A stretch of DNA of 64,000 nt from Hydrurus foetidus (Eukaryota). Positions 51,816 through 64,000 of the stretch are shown here, piece after piece. How positions within the stretch are numbered: the stretch's first letter is position 1; every line of letters begins with the position of its first letter. Location: the NCBI GenBank assembly GCA_900617105.1, contig UYFQ01000287.1, forward strand, positions 1 through 64,000. Direction: 5' to 3'. The notes beneath the pieces were generated by a model. It worked only from the letters and a program-made list of their open reading frames with translations, was not told the origin of the DNA and did not search any database. A program made the translations under genes and the position numbers.

Positions 51816-53009
51816 CTAGAAGAACCCAGCATACTTGTTACCCTCCCCTTCCTTGGGTAAGGCATTCACGTCGATTTTCTTTTGCTCTACTTGGCGCGCG
51901 TCTTTTTCTGCTTTTTTAATCACTTCTTCGTCGTATCTCACTTGTAGTTTCTCCATGAAGTCACCGACCAACAGACCGACCTGCGAATAAATGGATGGAA
52001 TGGCATACAATAATAATAAATCGGAGAGCTCTAGATCAAATTCTCGACGAGGATCATAATGCTTACTTGAACTCGTTCGGGCCACCCTTGTGACTTCATG
52101 TATACTGATATTTCGGAATCTAGTCTGGTTCCGGGTCCGATGCCGTACACGGAGTTGAACGACTTCGGTAGATCCACAATCTCAACGAGAACCTGAGTTA
52201 GGAGAAAACGGTGCAATTCGTTTGAAGACACTAGGAATAACTTCAGAAGCGACAGCATATTGTATGATAGAGATAGTAAGACATTCAGGAAGCCTTACTC
52301 ATCGTTTCTCACTCACCCTCATGAGGTCTTCTGACGATAGGATTCCGCCTTCTGTCGGAAGGGCCAGCACTCCGCGCACAATCTTATACGGATACTTCGC
52401 CTCCGCCATCTTTCTTACAGCTCCGTACTTCAAAATTGTGTATGCGATGTTTGCGGCTGAGAGCGTTGCGACAGCAGAGTCGAAGACGATCCCTTCTCCA
52501 CTCTCTCCGGGAGGTACACACACTGCGAATACGACGCGTTTCAGGCCAGCCTTCGCGGCAGCATTTGCATACAAAGACAACTCAGCTGATGAAACATTAA
52601 AACTAAGCCAAGCTTCCTTCCCACTAATAGCCCTCTCCAAAGATTCCTCACTTTTATCGACTTCTGAGAATTTTAGGACGTCGGTCAAACCGCTGTATAC
52701 AAGACCAGGACTCATGAGTCGCTTTCGAGCAAACTTTACATCGTCAGTGATAGATGTAATGTCGGGGTGTTTGCCTGTTTTGAATAAATTTGAGAAAGCA
52801 AACGCTTCCGCAAAGTTGTTTTCCTTTGACAGGAAACCAGAAACAACTAACGATTTGTATCTCACTTCGTCATCGACTTCTGTGTCATATGCAATAGCAG
52901 CTCTAACAATATTAGAAGATTTCACTTTTAGAATCGATCTTTGGAATGCCATCGAAGAGCACAACCATAATCCAAGAAACAAACCAAGGTGCTGTCTGTA
53001 ACCGAACAT
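51816..53009 (-). CDS. Plastid-targeted NAD(P)-binding Rossmann-like (NmrA/TIC62-like) protein
   Basis: Three exons. Signal peptide plus SMA-F motif; AAAKAGLKRVVF, IAYTILKYG, LSSEDLMRVLVE. Confidence 0.55.
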
Positions 53010-53454
53010 CGCGCTATTTGTAGGCAGAAATATGAATAAATATAATTAACAGATGCGGGCAGAAACTCTTGTTTGACTCTGAAGCCAAAGCAGTAGCAGC
53101 TCGAGGAGGTCTTTTCGATTTGCTGACTTCCAATGCGACGTTTATGTGCAAAAGATGCCTTTGTTGTCGATGTGTTGGTCATTCTTCTGTCAGTTTATTC
53201 GTTTGTTCCGGTTCCTATCTCAACAATTTTGATGCTTCTTCAGATTGTTTTTTTGTAAGCGGAGTACAGGTGAATTGAGTTGCGCTCAACTCTCAACTTT
53301 GTGCTTCGTGCTTCGTGCTCTGGCATTATTGGAATCAAATCACTATGAAGAATTACACGGGGTTCATTAGGATTAATCTTGAAAGCATCAAGAATCCGGA
53401 GAGGATTGAGCAGAATTACCTAGAAGCTTGACCAGCAGTAATAAATCAATTGCG

Positions 53455-54877
53455 ATGGCGCCATCAATCGTGAGAATTAGATTTATTTTAAGATGGTCTT
53501 CCGACGATTCTCTTCCCAACATGAACCACGCTAATCAATTTTCGTAATGCGTCAGTTCGACGCTCAGGAAGACGATGATCTCTACGCACAACTCAAAGGT
53601 CTTCAAAGACAGGAAGAATTTCTCGACATTCAGGAAGAGTACATTAAAGACGAGATGAGAAACTTAAAAAGAGAACTTATCAGAGCTCGCGAGGTATCGT
53701 TCCGAATTGAGTAAGACTACATCCCACATCGTTATACTCTAATGCCACAATTTTTTATACAAACCTAGGAACTAAGACGAATCCAATCCGTTCCGCTCAT
53801 CATCGGGCAATTCAATGAGATGATCGATACACACTATGGCATCGTAAATTCCACAGCGGGCTCTACTTACTACGTTCGCGTTCTCAGTACTTTAGATAGA
53901 GAAAAACTCAAGCCAAATACTTCGATAGCACTTCACAGACACAGCCACTGCGTCGTCGATATTTTGCCTCCTGAAGCTGATAGCAGCATTCAGATTGTTA
54001 CCGAGAAGCCAGATGTTACATATCACGATATCGGCGGAATGGACATCCAAAAACAGGAAGTGAGAGAGGCCGTCGAGTTGCCACTCACTCAGTTTGAGCT
54101 CTACAAGCAGATCGGTATCGATCCTCCGAGAGGAGTTCTCATGTACGGCCCCCCAGGCACTGGGAAAACAATGATGGCCAAGGCAGTCGCAAACGCTACT
54201 ACAGCTTCATTTATCACAATGGTTGGTAGTGAGTTTGTTCAGAAATATCTGGGAGAAGGACCTCGCATGGTTAGAGATGTGTTTCGCCTCGCCAGGGAAA
54301 ACAGTCCTGCCATCGTGTTCATAGACGAGATTGATGCCATCGCAACGAAGAGATTTGACGCACAGACTGGAGCTGACAGAGAAGTACAGCGCATTTTACT
54401 CGAACTTCTGAATCAGATGGACGGTTTCGACCAAGCAACAAATGTAAAGGTGATCATGGCGACCAACAGAGCGGACACCCTCGACCCTGCTCTGCTCAGA
54501 CCGGGACGACTCGACCGTAAGATTGAGTTCCCCAACCCCGACCGCAGGCAGAAACGTCTCGTCTTCGGTGCGTGCACTTCGAAGATGAACTTGAGCGACG
54601 AAGTTGATCTCGAGGACTACGTCAACAGACCTGACAAGGTACGTACCCATCCAAGCATCTTTGTTGGACATTTCGTACAAGTGAACACCTGCAACTGACA
54701 CACTCCCGAACTCCTCAACCATAGATCAGCGCAGCGGAAATCAGCGCCATCTGCCAGGAGGCGGGCATGCAGGCCGTGAGGAGGAACAGATACGTCATAC
54801 TTTCCAAAGACTTTGACGAGGCGTACAAGAAACTCGTGAAGAAGCAAGACAAGGAATTCACATTCTACAGCACATAA
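53455..54877 (+). CDS. RPT3: 26S proteasome AAA-ATPase subunit RPT3 (PSMC4/6B)
   Basis: Four exons. Walker [54 protein letters not shown]-terminus KEFTFYST. Confidence 0.95.
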
Positions 54878-55195
54878 AACTGTAATCAATATTCATTTGT
54901 TACAGCGACATTTTTACAGCATCACCTCTTACATGCGTACATACAGCGCAGTTTGATCGAATCACTGGACACCTTCAGCAAAAAAAGTTATCGATATAAT
55001 CAACTTTTTATTGGACAAAATAAATGCGCCACTTAAATGGCGCACACAAGGTCATGTAAATTTTTCGTTTTTGTATAATGGGAGTCAACGCGCATGATTA
55101 TGAACACCACTGTACTGACAAGCCGTGCAATGCGTGGGAGGAATCTATCGTCAATAGAGTACAACTGTGCTAAATATGGATGCTACAATGTCGGT

Positions 55196-58068
55196 TTAAA
55201 GTGCTCTCCAGTCCTTGGTACCCACAGCAGCACCGGCGGCACCGTCTGAGAAACCTTCTGAATTAGCGTATGCGTCTGTGCCATCGTTGCTACTGCTGAA
55301 GTTTGCTTCCTTAGGAATGGAAGTGACCATCCACGATATTCTGCCTGAAGGGACGCCACCGCTGATGGTGAAGCAGAGAGGAATGATGCCTCCCTTGCCC
55401 CTCATGCTGTGACCGCTGCTGTGGCGTCCAGTGGACGAGGAGGAGCACACTGAGTGACTCCCGATACTAGTGGTGTCAGAGGTCTGATGGGCAAAATGCG
55501 ATGACGACTCTGATGACGTACGTGATGTAGGCGACCCGACGGTCGATGACTGCCCTGCTGGGAAATGTTCTTCAGCGGAGAACTCTTCTGCCTCAGTGTC
55601 GCTCTCGTCACGTCCTAGCTGGCAGATGGCAGCAGTGGACAGGCTGCCCAGTCTCCCTAGCAAATGCAGCGGGCCGTCTATCAACCGGTCGTTGTGCATG
55701 TTGATGAAACTCCCAGTACTCTTCGCGTTGCGCAAGGGAGAAGAATAGAACGCAGGAATGTTCCCCGTGGAGACGGAGCGAGGGATGCTCCCCTGTGCGT
55801 GTGCCCCCCGACCAAAGGAAGACATTGAGCTGATTTTGTTCTTCGCCCAGTAGTTCTTCAAAATGGTTTGTTCCATTTCGTGCTCTCGATCAGCCTTGGA
55901 CTGCTCTGCTGTGTCAGACGAGAAATGAGTCGCAGCGGATTTCTTCTTCTTCGATGAATGGGTGAGAATGGATGGCTTGCTCTCAGCTGCTCTGTTTGCT
56001 TTTTTACTCCCACTCGTACTTCCATTCAAGTCGGAGACTGCTTCTACTGATGCACCCATGGACTTCCACACCGACGTGCTAAACCGTGTAACCTCAGTGG
56101 ATATGTGCAGCTGCGGCATCGCTGCCCCTAGGGGGGTGAGATGGTACGCTACGGTGAAGGGCGCGTACGGACAGGACCCGTTCCCCGCTAGACTACTCGT
56201 CACCCTGGCGGTGTCGGGGTCAGGGAACTCTGGGGACAGCAGCACCACACAGCAGCCGTGTGCGTTGAGCTTCGCTACACCACACAGCTGTGTGCTTGCT
56301 ATAGCCCCTGCAGGAGGGCTTTTTATCACACCGCACATATCCAGTCCGGTGTACGGGCGCATCAGTACATACCGCTGTTTAAAAAATTGAGAGAAATGAA
56401 AGGTTAAAGAGGCAGGTAAAGAGGAGAGAGGAGAAGTGCATGAAAAAGGAGATTACGAGAGAGTCGAAATAATACGAGCAGTGGAGAGAAAACAAGTTGG
56501 CGCTGATGTTGAGATGTGCATGAAAGCAAAATTGTTAACCTTATTTCCTGATGAATAGAAAAGGTAATAGTTTGATAGATTGGTGTTGTGTGGTTCTTAC
56601 TTGGAGGAAGAAATTCCCGAAGAGAGCCACCATGCTGCCCATGTATATTATCATCAGCACCTTGCTGCAGTGCGTAGTAGTCAAGGAGGAGGAACGAGAG
56701 GTATCTTTGGTTAGAACACCTCATATCATCAGTGACTTCAAAACAGCTTAATGCGTGTCGTGACATTTCATTCAATCTATCGAAAGAAGTTTTGACTTGA
56801 AAATGCATTGCAAAATGGACTCACGCAAAATCGGGGGACCCGCAAGTCGGACCAACTCGATAGGACAACAGACTTTGCGCGAATATTATGCAGAATTGTG
56901 ACAGCTGGAGAGAGGTGATGTACGATGCCCACCAGCTCTGATATGGTGTTGGAGTATGGAGAAAAAGTACGTCATTCAGTAGAATATTATATAATATGAT
57001 TTGACTTGATTTGACGCAGTGTTATTCATTATTCAGCTACAGTAAGCGGCAGTTTTTGATACTTTGATCACATTGGATGTCTCCTTCAGTATCGTATCAT
57101 CGAAAGGAGGCATGGTCGGATCGGATGACGTCATATGTCAGATTGATCACGGAAAATAAAGTCCAACATATGGAAGTACTGTGGCAAGCTATTTGTGGAG
57201 AAGAGTCACAGAGTATGGATTCGAATCACAGTATTTTGAATACATCGCGTCACATCTGGAGTGACAGTACATTTCCTGAGTTGAAAGGGGCCCTCGTCAT
57301 AAAATGTGTGACATGGGTAACAGACACACGTCATCGCTCACCTTCAACCCGAGAGTTGCGAGTAAGTAGTGTAGATAAACCAACATGTGGTTCGCACTAT
57401 TGAGCATGATCGGCAAGTACATATCTCCATTGTAATCAAACGGCAATATACTTCCGACAACAACCGTTATTGACGAATGATGAAACAAATGCAGAAAAGT
57501 GACCTGCAGAGAAATCATTTTTATCTCAGACATTCGAATATACGGTTGCGAGTTATTTTCGGTAAGTTACTTCTGTGAGAATACTGACCTGGCGCGAAGA
57601 TTTTCGAAGCAAGAAAAACCAAGTGTCAAAAAATTCGAGATATTTCTGGAAGTAAAATAAAACGAACACCCGTGCGATACTATAACCTTCCGCATCTGTA
57701 GCTATAGGATTGCAAAGGAGAAGCCCTCCATGACCAAGTTTATACTTCAATGTTGACATAGCTATGTATGCTGCAAGAACGACGTTAAGCGCATCGTATG
57801 CAACTAGAAGCCAACGCAATTGGAAACCCTTCTGCCTCCGCTTCATGTACCAAAATATACCGAACGTAATGATCAAATACAACGAGTTCATCGCACAGAG
57901 CAAAACCGTGTTCTTATTAACGTCGAATACATTGACGAACGGGATTGATGGCTGAGACCCATCTTTAACTCGCACGTTATAATATTCCATCGAACGTGAG
58001 TAGCTTCCAACAGATCTGGCCCATGCCTCCGAGAGTAAGCCCCCCAGCACGACTCGAGGTTTTATCAT
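55196..58068 (-). CDS. ELO/GNS1/SUR4 fatty-acid elongase fused in frame to a ~390-aa C-terminal extension
   Basis: Motifs KYLEFFDT, FLHLFHH, NSANHMLVYLHY, ITSLQLSQF, LFGNFF across four exons, spliced in phase 0 (donor 56600, acceptor 56375) into the 55196-56374 exon. Confidence 0.75.
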
Positions 58069-59277
58069 TCCAAGCACGCTTAAACTCAGATATGATGTTG
58101 GTGCGCACACACAATAGCCGATTTAACACAGCTCCTTGTCAAATTTCAGTCCAGCCCTCCCAAGACCCAAGAGGAAAAACGAGGGTGTTTTCCTTGATTG
58201 TTGTTTGTCACTCGAAAACTTAGGATTTTTGAAGCGAGTAGTGAGAATTCTCCCAGTGCCTTTCCCTTCCTCTTAGAGAGGAAACGAGTTAACGAGTTGT
58301 AAATAACGATAACGGAGATGATAATGTTTCCATGATGTGTGATGTGTGATGTGTGATATGTAGCGACCAACATATCTATCCCTATCCCCATAGGGACATT
58401 ATCCTCGGCAACAACAAAAATCCCTTCGGGGTAATGGAACTGTATGGAGCAAAGGAGCAAAGGACCGAGGGTAGGAACGAAGATTGAAAGAAGGCGCTAA
58501 CTACCTAATAAAATAATAAATGTAGAAGCACATGAGAAAACAGTTATAACACCATAGATGAGACATTGTTGCTATTGAGATGTCTAATTGATGGATAGCA
58601 GCATCCAGTTTACCGAAGACACTCCACTTTGTCCCTAGCCATCCATATTGTCAGCAGAGGTAATAAAAGAGAAGAGAAGACAGGTATATATTGGGTAGCG
58701 AGGAAAGGTCAGCTAATGCCGTCGTAGGTCAGCTAATGCATTTTCTCAATTAGGCCAGCGGAATCACACTAATGAATTGAGTATGATCAATCTTAATCAA
58801 ATTGAGTAGAACGAATTTCGGTAGAATTATCATAAATTTTATTGAATTACATCACTGCTCACAAACATGCTACTTTACTCAAATCGACGCAACACTAAAC
58901 GATGCAACAAAGTCAATTGCGAATAGCACTGCGCTTTATCAGGCAACAACAGAATTACAAAAATGATATCGGTGCCTCGTAATTTGTATTCCTCATCAGA
59001 TAGACTCATCGTCATTTTATCTGTAATAACAACAATAAGTACAAATGCAGGGTAGAGCAGGGTGTGACGTATCATGATGAGCGTGTTATCACACACTGGA
59101 CAATGCTCTGCGCAATATCTCCACATACGCAGAGACAGTCGTCCTCAGATACGCATTTCATCACAGATTTCCTCAATAAATGAATTTCTTTAAGTAAGAA
59201 GAATGTAGATAATATCGCAAACTTGCAGAAAAGGTCTGGATGATGACAATTCACTGTTATGCTCGATATACATCGTA

Positions 59278-61952
59278 CTATTTAGTTTGATATGCCGGGA
59301 ATAGAATGTTGGGGAACTTCTTCGACACGATGACGAACTCGTCGAAAGTGATCACACCGTCACCGTCCTTGTCAGCTTGAGCCTGTTGGAGGTGCGAGAC
59401 AAGAGGGAGATGAGATGGTGCTGTGTGTTGTTAGGGGACTGAGCATTGTGAAGACGTTGTTACCACCATGAGATGTAACTGGAAAAGATGTAATCAGACT
59501 AAATGGGTAAGTGTGAGGTGTGGTAAGTATGTCGAGATGATCTGTCCTTTCACTTTGCAGCAATGAACGCTGCTGATATGCCTTCGTTAGTTGTGAACAG
59601 TAGTGCGGTGAAGTGAGATGAGATGTACTGTACTATGCTATGCTCATTCGTAGCAAGCTTCTCGTAGCAGTATGCTTCAGAGGATGTGGTGTGTCAAACA
59701 GACAAAGTGCGCATGGACGGACTTAACGGTTTGTGGGACGGTGCGATGATTAGAAATGTTCGTGCAGTATAACACAGATAGTGTCATGTCGTGTAATGTC
59801 ATGTCGCGTTTGTCGCGTGTCTGTCAGTCAGTCAGTCAGTCAGTCAGTCAGTCAGTCAGTCAGTCAGTCAGTCAGTCAGTCAGTCAGTCAGTCAGTCAGT
59901 CAGTCTGTCTGTCTGTCTGTCTGTCCTCTGCTGTGTATTGTCTCGTCATTCGAGAACCTTGACAAGGGCTACTCATGTGGACAGCGTGTAGTTACTATAC
60001 TGCACTGTCCTATACAACACTGTACCGCACGTACCATGATGGTATCTGCTTTTCTCGCCACTTCAGAGTCGTGTGACGCCATGTGATTGGCTTTCAGGAT
60101 CTTGAGTAGCTCTGCCTTGGTGATCACCCCATTGCCCTCCTCGTCAAATATCATAAAAGCGAACTTCAACTTGTCCTCTTTGCCGGCACCCGTATAATTC
60201 GACACGGCTATAAAGAACTAAAATGCCAGGGAATGGAATAGAGAGCGCGCAGAAGATGAAAAACAAATACACGGATTAATACCGATGTTGCAGACCTCGA
60301 AGGACTGGTATATGCACACACAGCATAAACTGCTGCATCCACTCGACTGGTATATGCGGCTATGTTCACATGAACTGCACTACTGTGCATGACCCTGTTG
60401 AGACAGCGTGACGCACACTGTCACACCATGTAATCCACCCACAGTCCCACTCACTCATACAGACACATACGCACACACTCAGTCATGTACACACTCACAC
60501 TTACTTACGTACACAAACCATAACACATATACAAATACGCACCTCTCTTGCGTCCACATGGCCGGTCTTGTCGTAATCATATAGCCGGAACACTGCCTCG
60601 CACTGAGGAGCCGGATCGCACTGCAGCACCTCGCAGAAATCGGCATAGTCCAGAAGACCAGATTTGTCCCTTCGTTTGGTATACGATAACGATCATTAAG
60701 TATCGACGGCATTGCATTTCAGTGCGGCCCGTTGTGTCGGAAGGACTGAGCGATATCAGACCCAACAGTGCAGTGCAGTGCAGTTGATTGCAGTTCAGTT
60801 ACATCCACTTCTATTCAGTTCTTCTCCACTCCAATCAGTTTCATTTTACCAACTTATTTTGTTCATGTGATATGTCATGAGCAACAAATAGTACTCCGTA
60901 TTCGGTACAGCACAGTACCTGTCTGAGGCTTGAAACCGTTTGTAAGCTTTTTTCACGCTTTCTGGTTTTAGATTATTTTCCTTCGCAAATTCTTCTAGCC
61001 GTTGTTTCTTTGCATTACGCGCTTGAACAATATTCTGTCCGGAGGGGGGAGGGGGTACTTGGGACCGACCCCCGGCCGCCCCGCCCCGTGCCTCTGCCCC
61101 CAGACCATTGGGAGCCTTCTTTCCCCCTGTGACCATAGAGTAGAACTGGGAGGAGAGGAGAGGAAAGGAAATGATAAGAGATGATGGGATAGGATAAGAG
61201 AGGAGATGATAAGAGAGGAGAGGAGATGATGAAGGGTGTCGATGCCTTTTATCAAAGCTGCACCATCAAAGCTGATAACATCACAAGCGATACAACATCA
61301 GGCTACAGTATACTATGTACGGTCACGTTTCAGAAGAGCTCTAGATTACATTAATCTACACAACATTGCACTGCACTTGACTGCACTTCACCACACAGTC
61401 CCTCGGATTAATTAGCGGGAAAATAAGAGACTACAAGAACATCTTGTCTTCTTCCCCTTTCGCTCTCAACTTCTCCACCCTTCTCTTTTCTCATCCACTC
61501 ACCTCTTCCCATGAGACCTGCCCATCTCCGGCCTTGTCCACCATGCGGATCATCTCGTCCACCTCTTCATCCGTCACCTACATACAGCGAAACAAGAATG
61601 TGAGAGGAGTGAGTCGAATGGAGGTAAATTGAATTGAATTGAACTGGATTGAATCACACAGTAGAGTATGAGAGGATGGAATGAGATGGTGATAACGAGG
61701 GTATCACGGAATCAAGATACATGTAGTGCGATAAGATATATGACAGAATGCTCCTATATTCATCAATAATTATTCATGACGGGAAAAGCGACAAAAACAG
61801 CCGTCTGATATTTGTGAAAATATGCAGTGTATGTAAGTATGTATGTCCACATGTATGATGTACGTATGTATGTTCGCATGTATGTATGTACGTATGTATG
61901 CATGTATGTATGTATGTATGTATGTATGTATGTATGTATGTATGTATGTATG

Positions 61953-61984
<32 letters not shown>

Positions 61985-64000
61985 TGTATGTACGTATGTA
62001 TGTATGTATGTATATATGTATGTATGCATGTACGCATGTATGTATGTACGTATGTGTGTACACGTGTATGCATGTATGTATGCATGTATGTATGTGTGTA
62101 TGTACACATGTATGTATGTACGCATGTATGTATGTACGTATGTGTGTACACGTGTATGTATGTGTGTAGGTATGTGTCTAGAAACATCTGCATATTTTTC
62201 CACGATGTGAATAAATCAGAAGGCAGAGGTGTGTTCTCCTCGTCTCCCTCTCCTCGCACCTGTTCTCCAATATTGATGAGAACGTGTCGTATCTCGGAGG
62301 CCCCTATGAAGTTGTTCTTGTCCAAGTCAAACGCTTTAAACGCCTCTAAGATCTCCTCATCAGTGAACTTCCCCGCAGGGTCTCTTGGCGGCTGTGCGCC
62401 CTGATTGTTTCCGGTATACACGGCCACCTGATTCTTCGCTGGAGACCGATCCTCATAGCCGGTGATAGCGTTTGAAGTGGGTCTCTCGAATTTAGCCGAT
62501 ATGGAAATCTTCCCCACTGCTTTTGATGCCTTGTCCTCCAGGTCGATGTCACCGTCAAACTGACCGTTGGCTATCCACTCCATTATGCTCACTTTACATC
62601 TGCCCATGAATTTGTCATTCCCGACAGTTTCTTTGTCCAACACCTCTATTGACATTTCCCTTCCCATTCATCAGGCGTAAAAAGAGTCAATCAGACCAAA
62701 CAGTACACACGCATTCTTCCTCAACGTGCAGTACACGCAATGACCTCGCATACCTCTCATTAGAAATATCGAAAACGAACTCTTCGTTCCAAATCGGATT
62801 CTTCCCACCGGCAGGATTGGGTCTCGTACTGAATTCTTGGACTCCTACGATCAGTCTCGCGTATGGATCAGCCTTACCGAACATCCCTGTATCGTTTCGT
62901 TGAGAACAGAGGAGGTCATCATGTGAATTATGCACACTGAGAACTCCAGTTTATTTTAATACTGCTCAATAACAACTGAAGCAACACTTGTCGATACCAT
63001 CTCGTCATCAGCGCATCACATTTGATGTAGTGCACGCGGCGCTCAAGATGACGTTAGGATACGGCATTCTCTCCTCACCTTGACCTGCCTTCAACTCGAG
63101 ACCCCGTAGACATTTAACCTTAAGTCTGCCAAATCGAGCGGGAGTAGCCGGAGTTGTTGGTGCAGTCAGTTGCAGAGGAGCTGAGAGTGGAGGAGGAGGG
63201 GCTCGGGGGGGCGGGGCGACTTGGCCGGCCCGGGTCGGTCTGGGGGGCGGACCGGAGGGAGGGGGGCCTCTAGGAAGCGTTTTAACTTAATGTTAAGCGC
63301 TCTACGCTGCACTTTGGCACGCTATGAGATGATACCCCACATGATGATGATAGAAAGTGAGATGAAGGGCGCCTCACCTAGGCAGCGATCCTGGAGGTCC
63401 TCTGGGAGGAGGTATCCCTCTGGGGGGAGGATTCCCGGACCCTTGATTCGCAGGTCCCGTCCCTTGGGGGCTAAATGCTGCTCGAGGGGGCGGACCGCCT
63501 TCAGAACACAATTGAATATGAATATGAAGATAATTATTAGGATCTTTATGTGAAAAATTCTTGTTCTGTTCTGTTCTGTTCTGTTCTGTTCTGTTCTGTT
63601 CTGTTCTGTTCTGTTCTGTTCTGTTCTGTTCTGTTAGACACAGATTGCATTGGGTCGAACTGGACTGCATTGCAGACTAAAAGCTGCAATCAAATCCGAT
63701 CGAATCCAATCACTCGGGCAGCAAATGTAATCATCACAGACGTCACTAATTGCTGTTGCATAGTTCATACCAGGCGGTGGTCCACTTCTGGGCGGTGCGA
63801 CAGGAGGGCCACGGGGCGGAGGTCCCCGGGGAGGCGGACCTGATATTTGTCCGGTACCCATTCTGGGGGGAGCATTATTGGTAGATGGCGGACCATGAGG
63901 GGGACCTCGGGGTGGGGGGCCTGTCAGGGTAGGTGAAGTGAGGTGAGAGATGGTGAGGCGAGGTAAGATGAGGTACGGTGAGACAAGATGAGTCGAGGTA
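59278..64000 (-). CDS. Proline-rich / C2-domain / multi-EF-hand calcium-binding protein (5' end beyond the window)
   Basis: C2 motifs GKADPY, NPIWNEEF, IEVLDKETVGNDKFMG. EF loops DLDKNNFIGASE, DKAGDGQVSWEE, DEEGNGVITKAE, DKDGDGVITFDE. Stop at 59278-59280. Confidence 0.8.
59823..59922. repeat. (GTCA)n/(GTCT)n intronic microsatellite
   Basis: Read directly from the sequence. Confidence 0.95.
61828..62176. repeat. Degenerate (TATG)n intronic microsatellite
   Basis: Read directly; accounts for the spurious YIHT/MYVC ORFs. Confidence 0.95.
63562..63635. repeat. (TTCTG)n intronic microsatellite
   Basis: Read directly from the sequence. Confidence 0.95.

Noticed and set aside
61763..62210. YIHT/MYVC-repeat proteins
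   Set aside because: Translations of an intronic (TATG)n microsatellite.

Overview
This is gene-dense, intron-containing eukaryotic nuclear DNA. It is most likely from a photosynthetic stramenopile (ochrophyte), inferred from bipartite plastid-targeting N-termini and TTTAGGG repeats. Host genes are an Arc1p-like tRNA-binding protein, Tab2, a dual-specificity phosphatase, DDX42 (truncated), ARPC5, mitochondrial RF1, a very large FANCI-like gene, a plastid Rossmann-like protein, RPT3, an ELO elongase with an unusual C-terminal fusion, and a C2/EF-hand protein. The main feature is a ~29 kb accessory block (7231-36209). It starts with a 16.1 kb hAT transposon carrying two unrelated nucleosome-length tandem arrays. 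One is about 49.5 x 174 bp in a symmetric A-B-A layering. The other is about 19 x 176 bp, and each unit looks like a 5'-UTR exon+intron module ending exactly at the splice acceptor before the transposase ATG. A duplicated hAT right end then truncates DDX42. The TIR of that duplicate is split by a 10.4 kb nested insertion containing a young chromoviral Ty3/Gypsy element. All gene models are read by eye from ORFs and splice motifs; no database searches were run.
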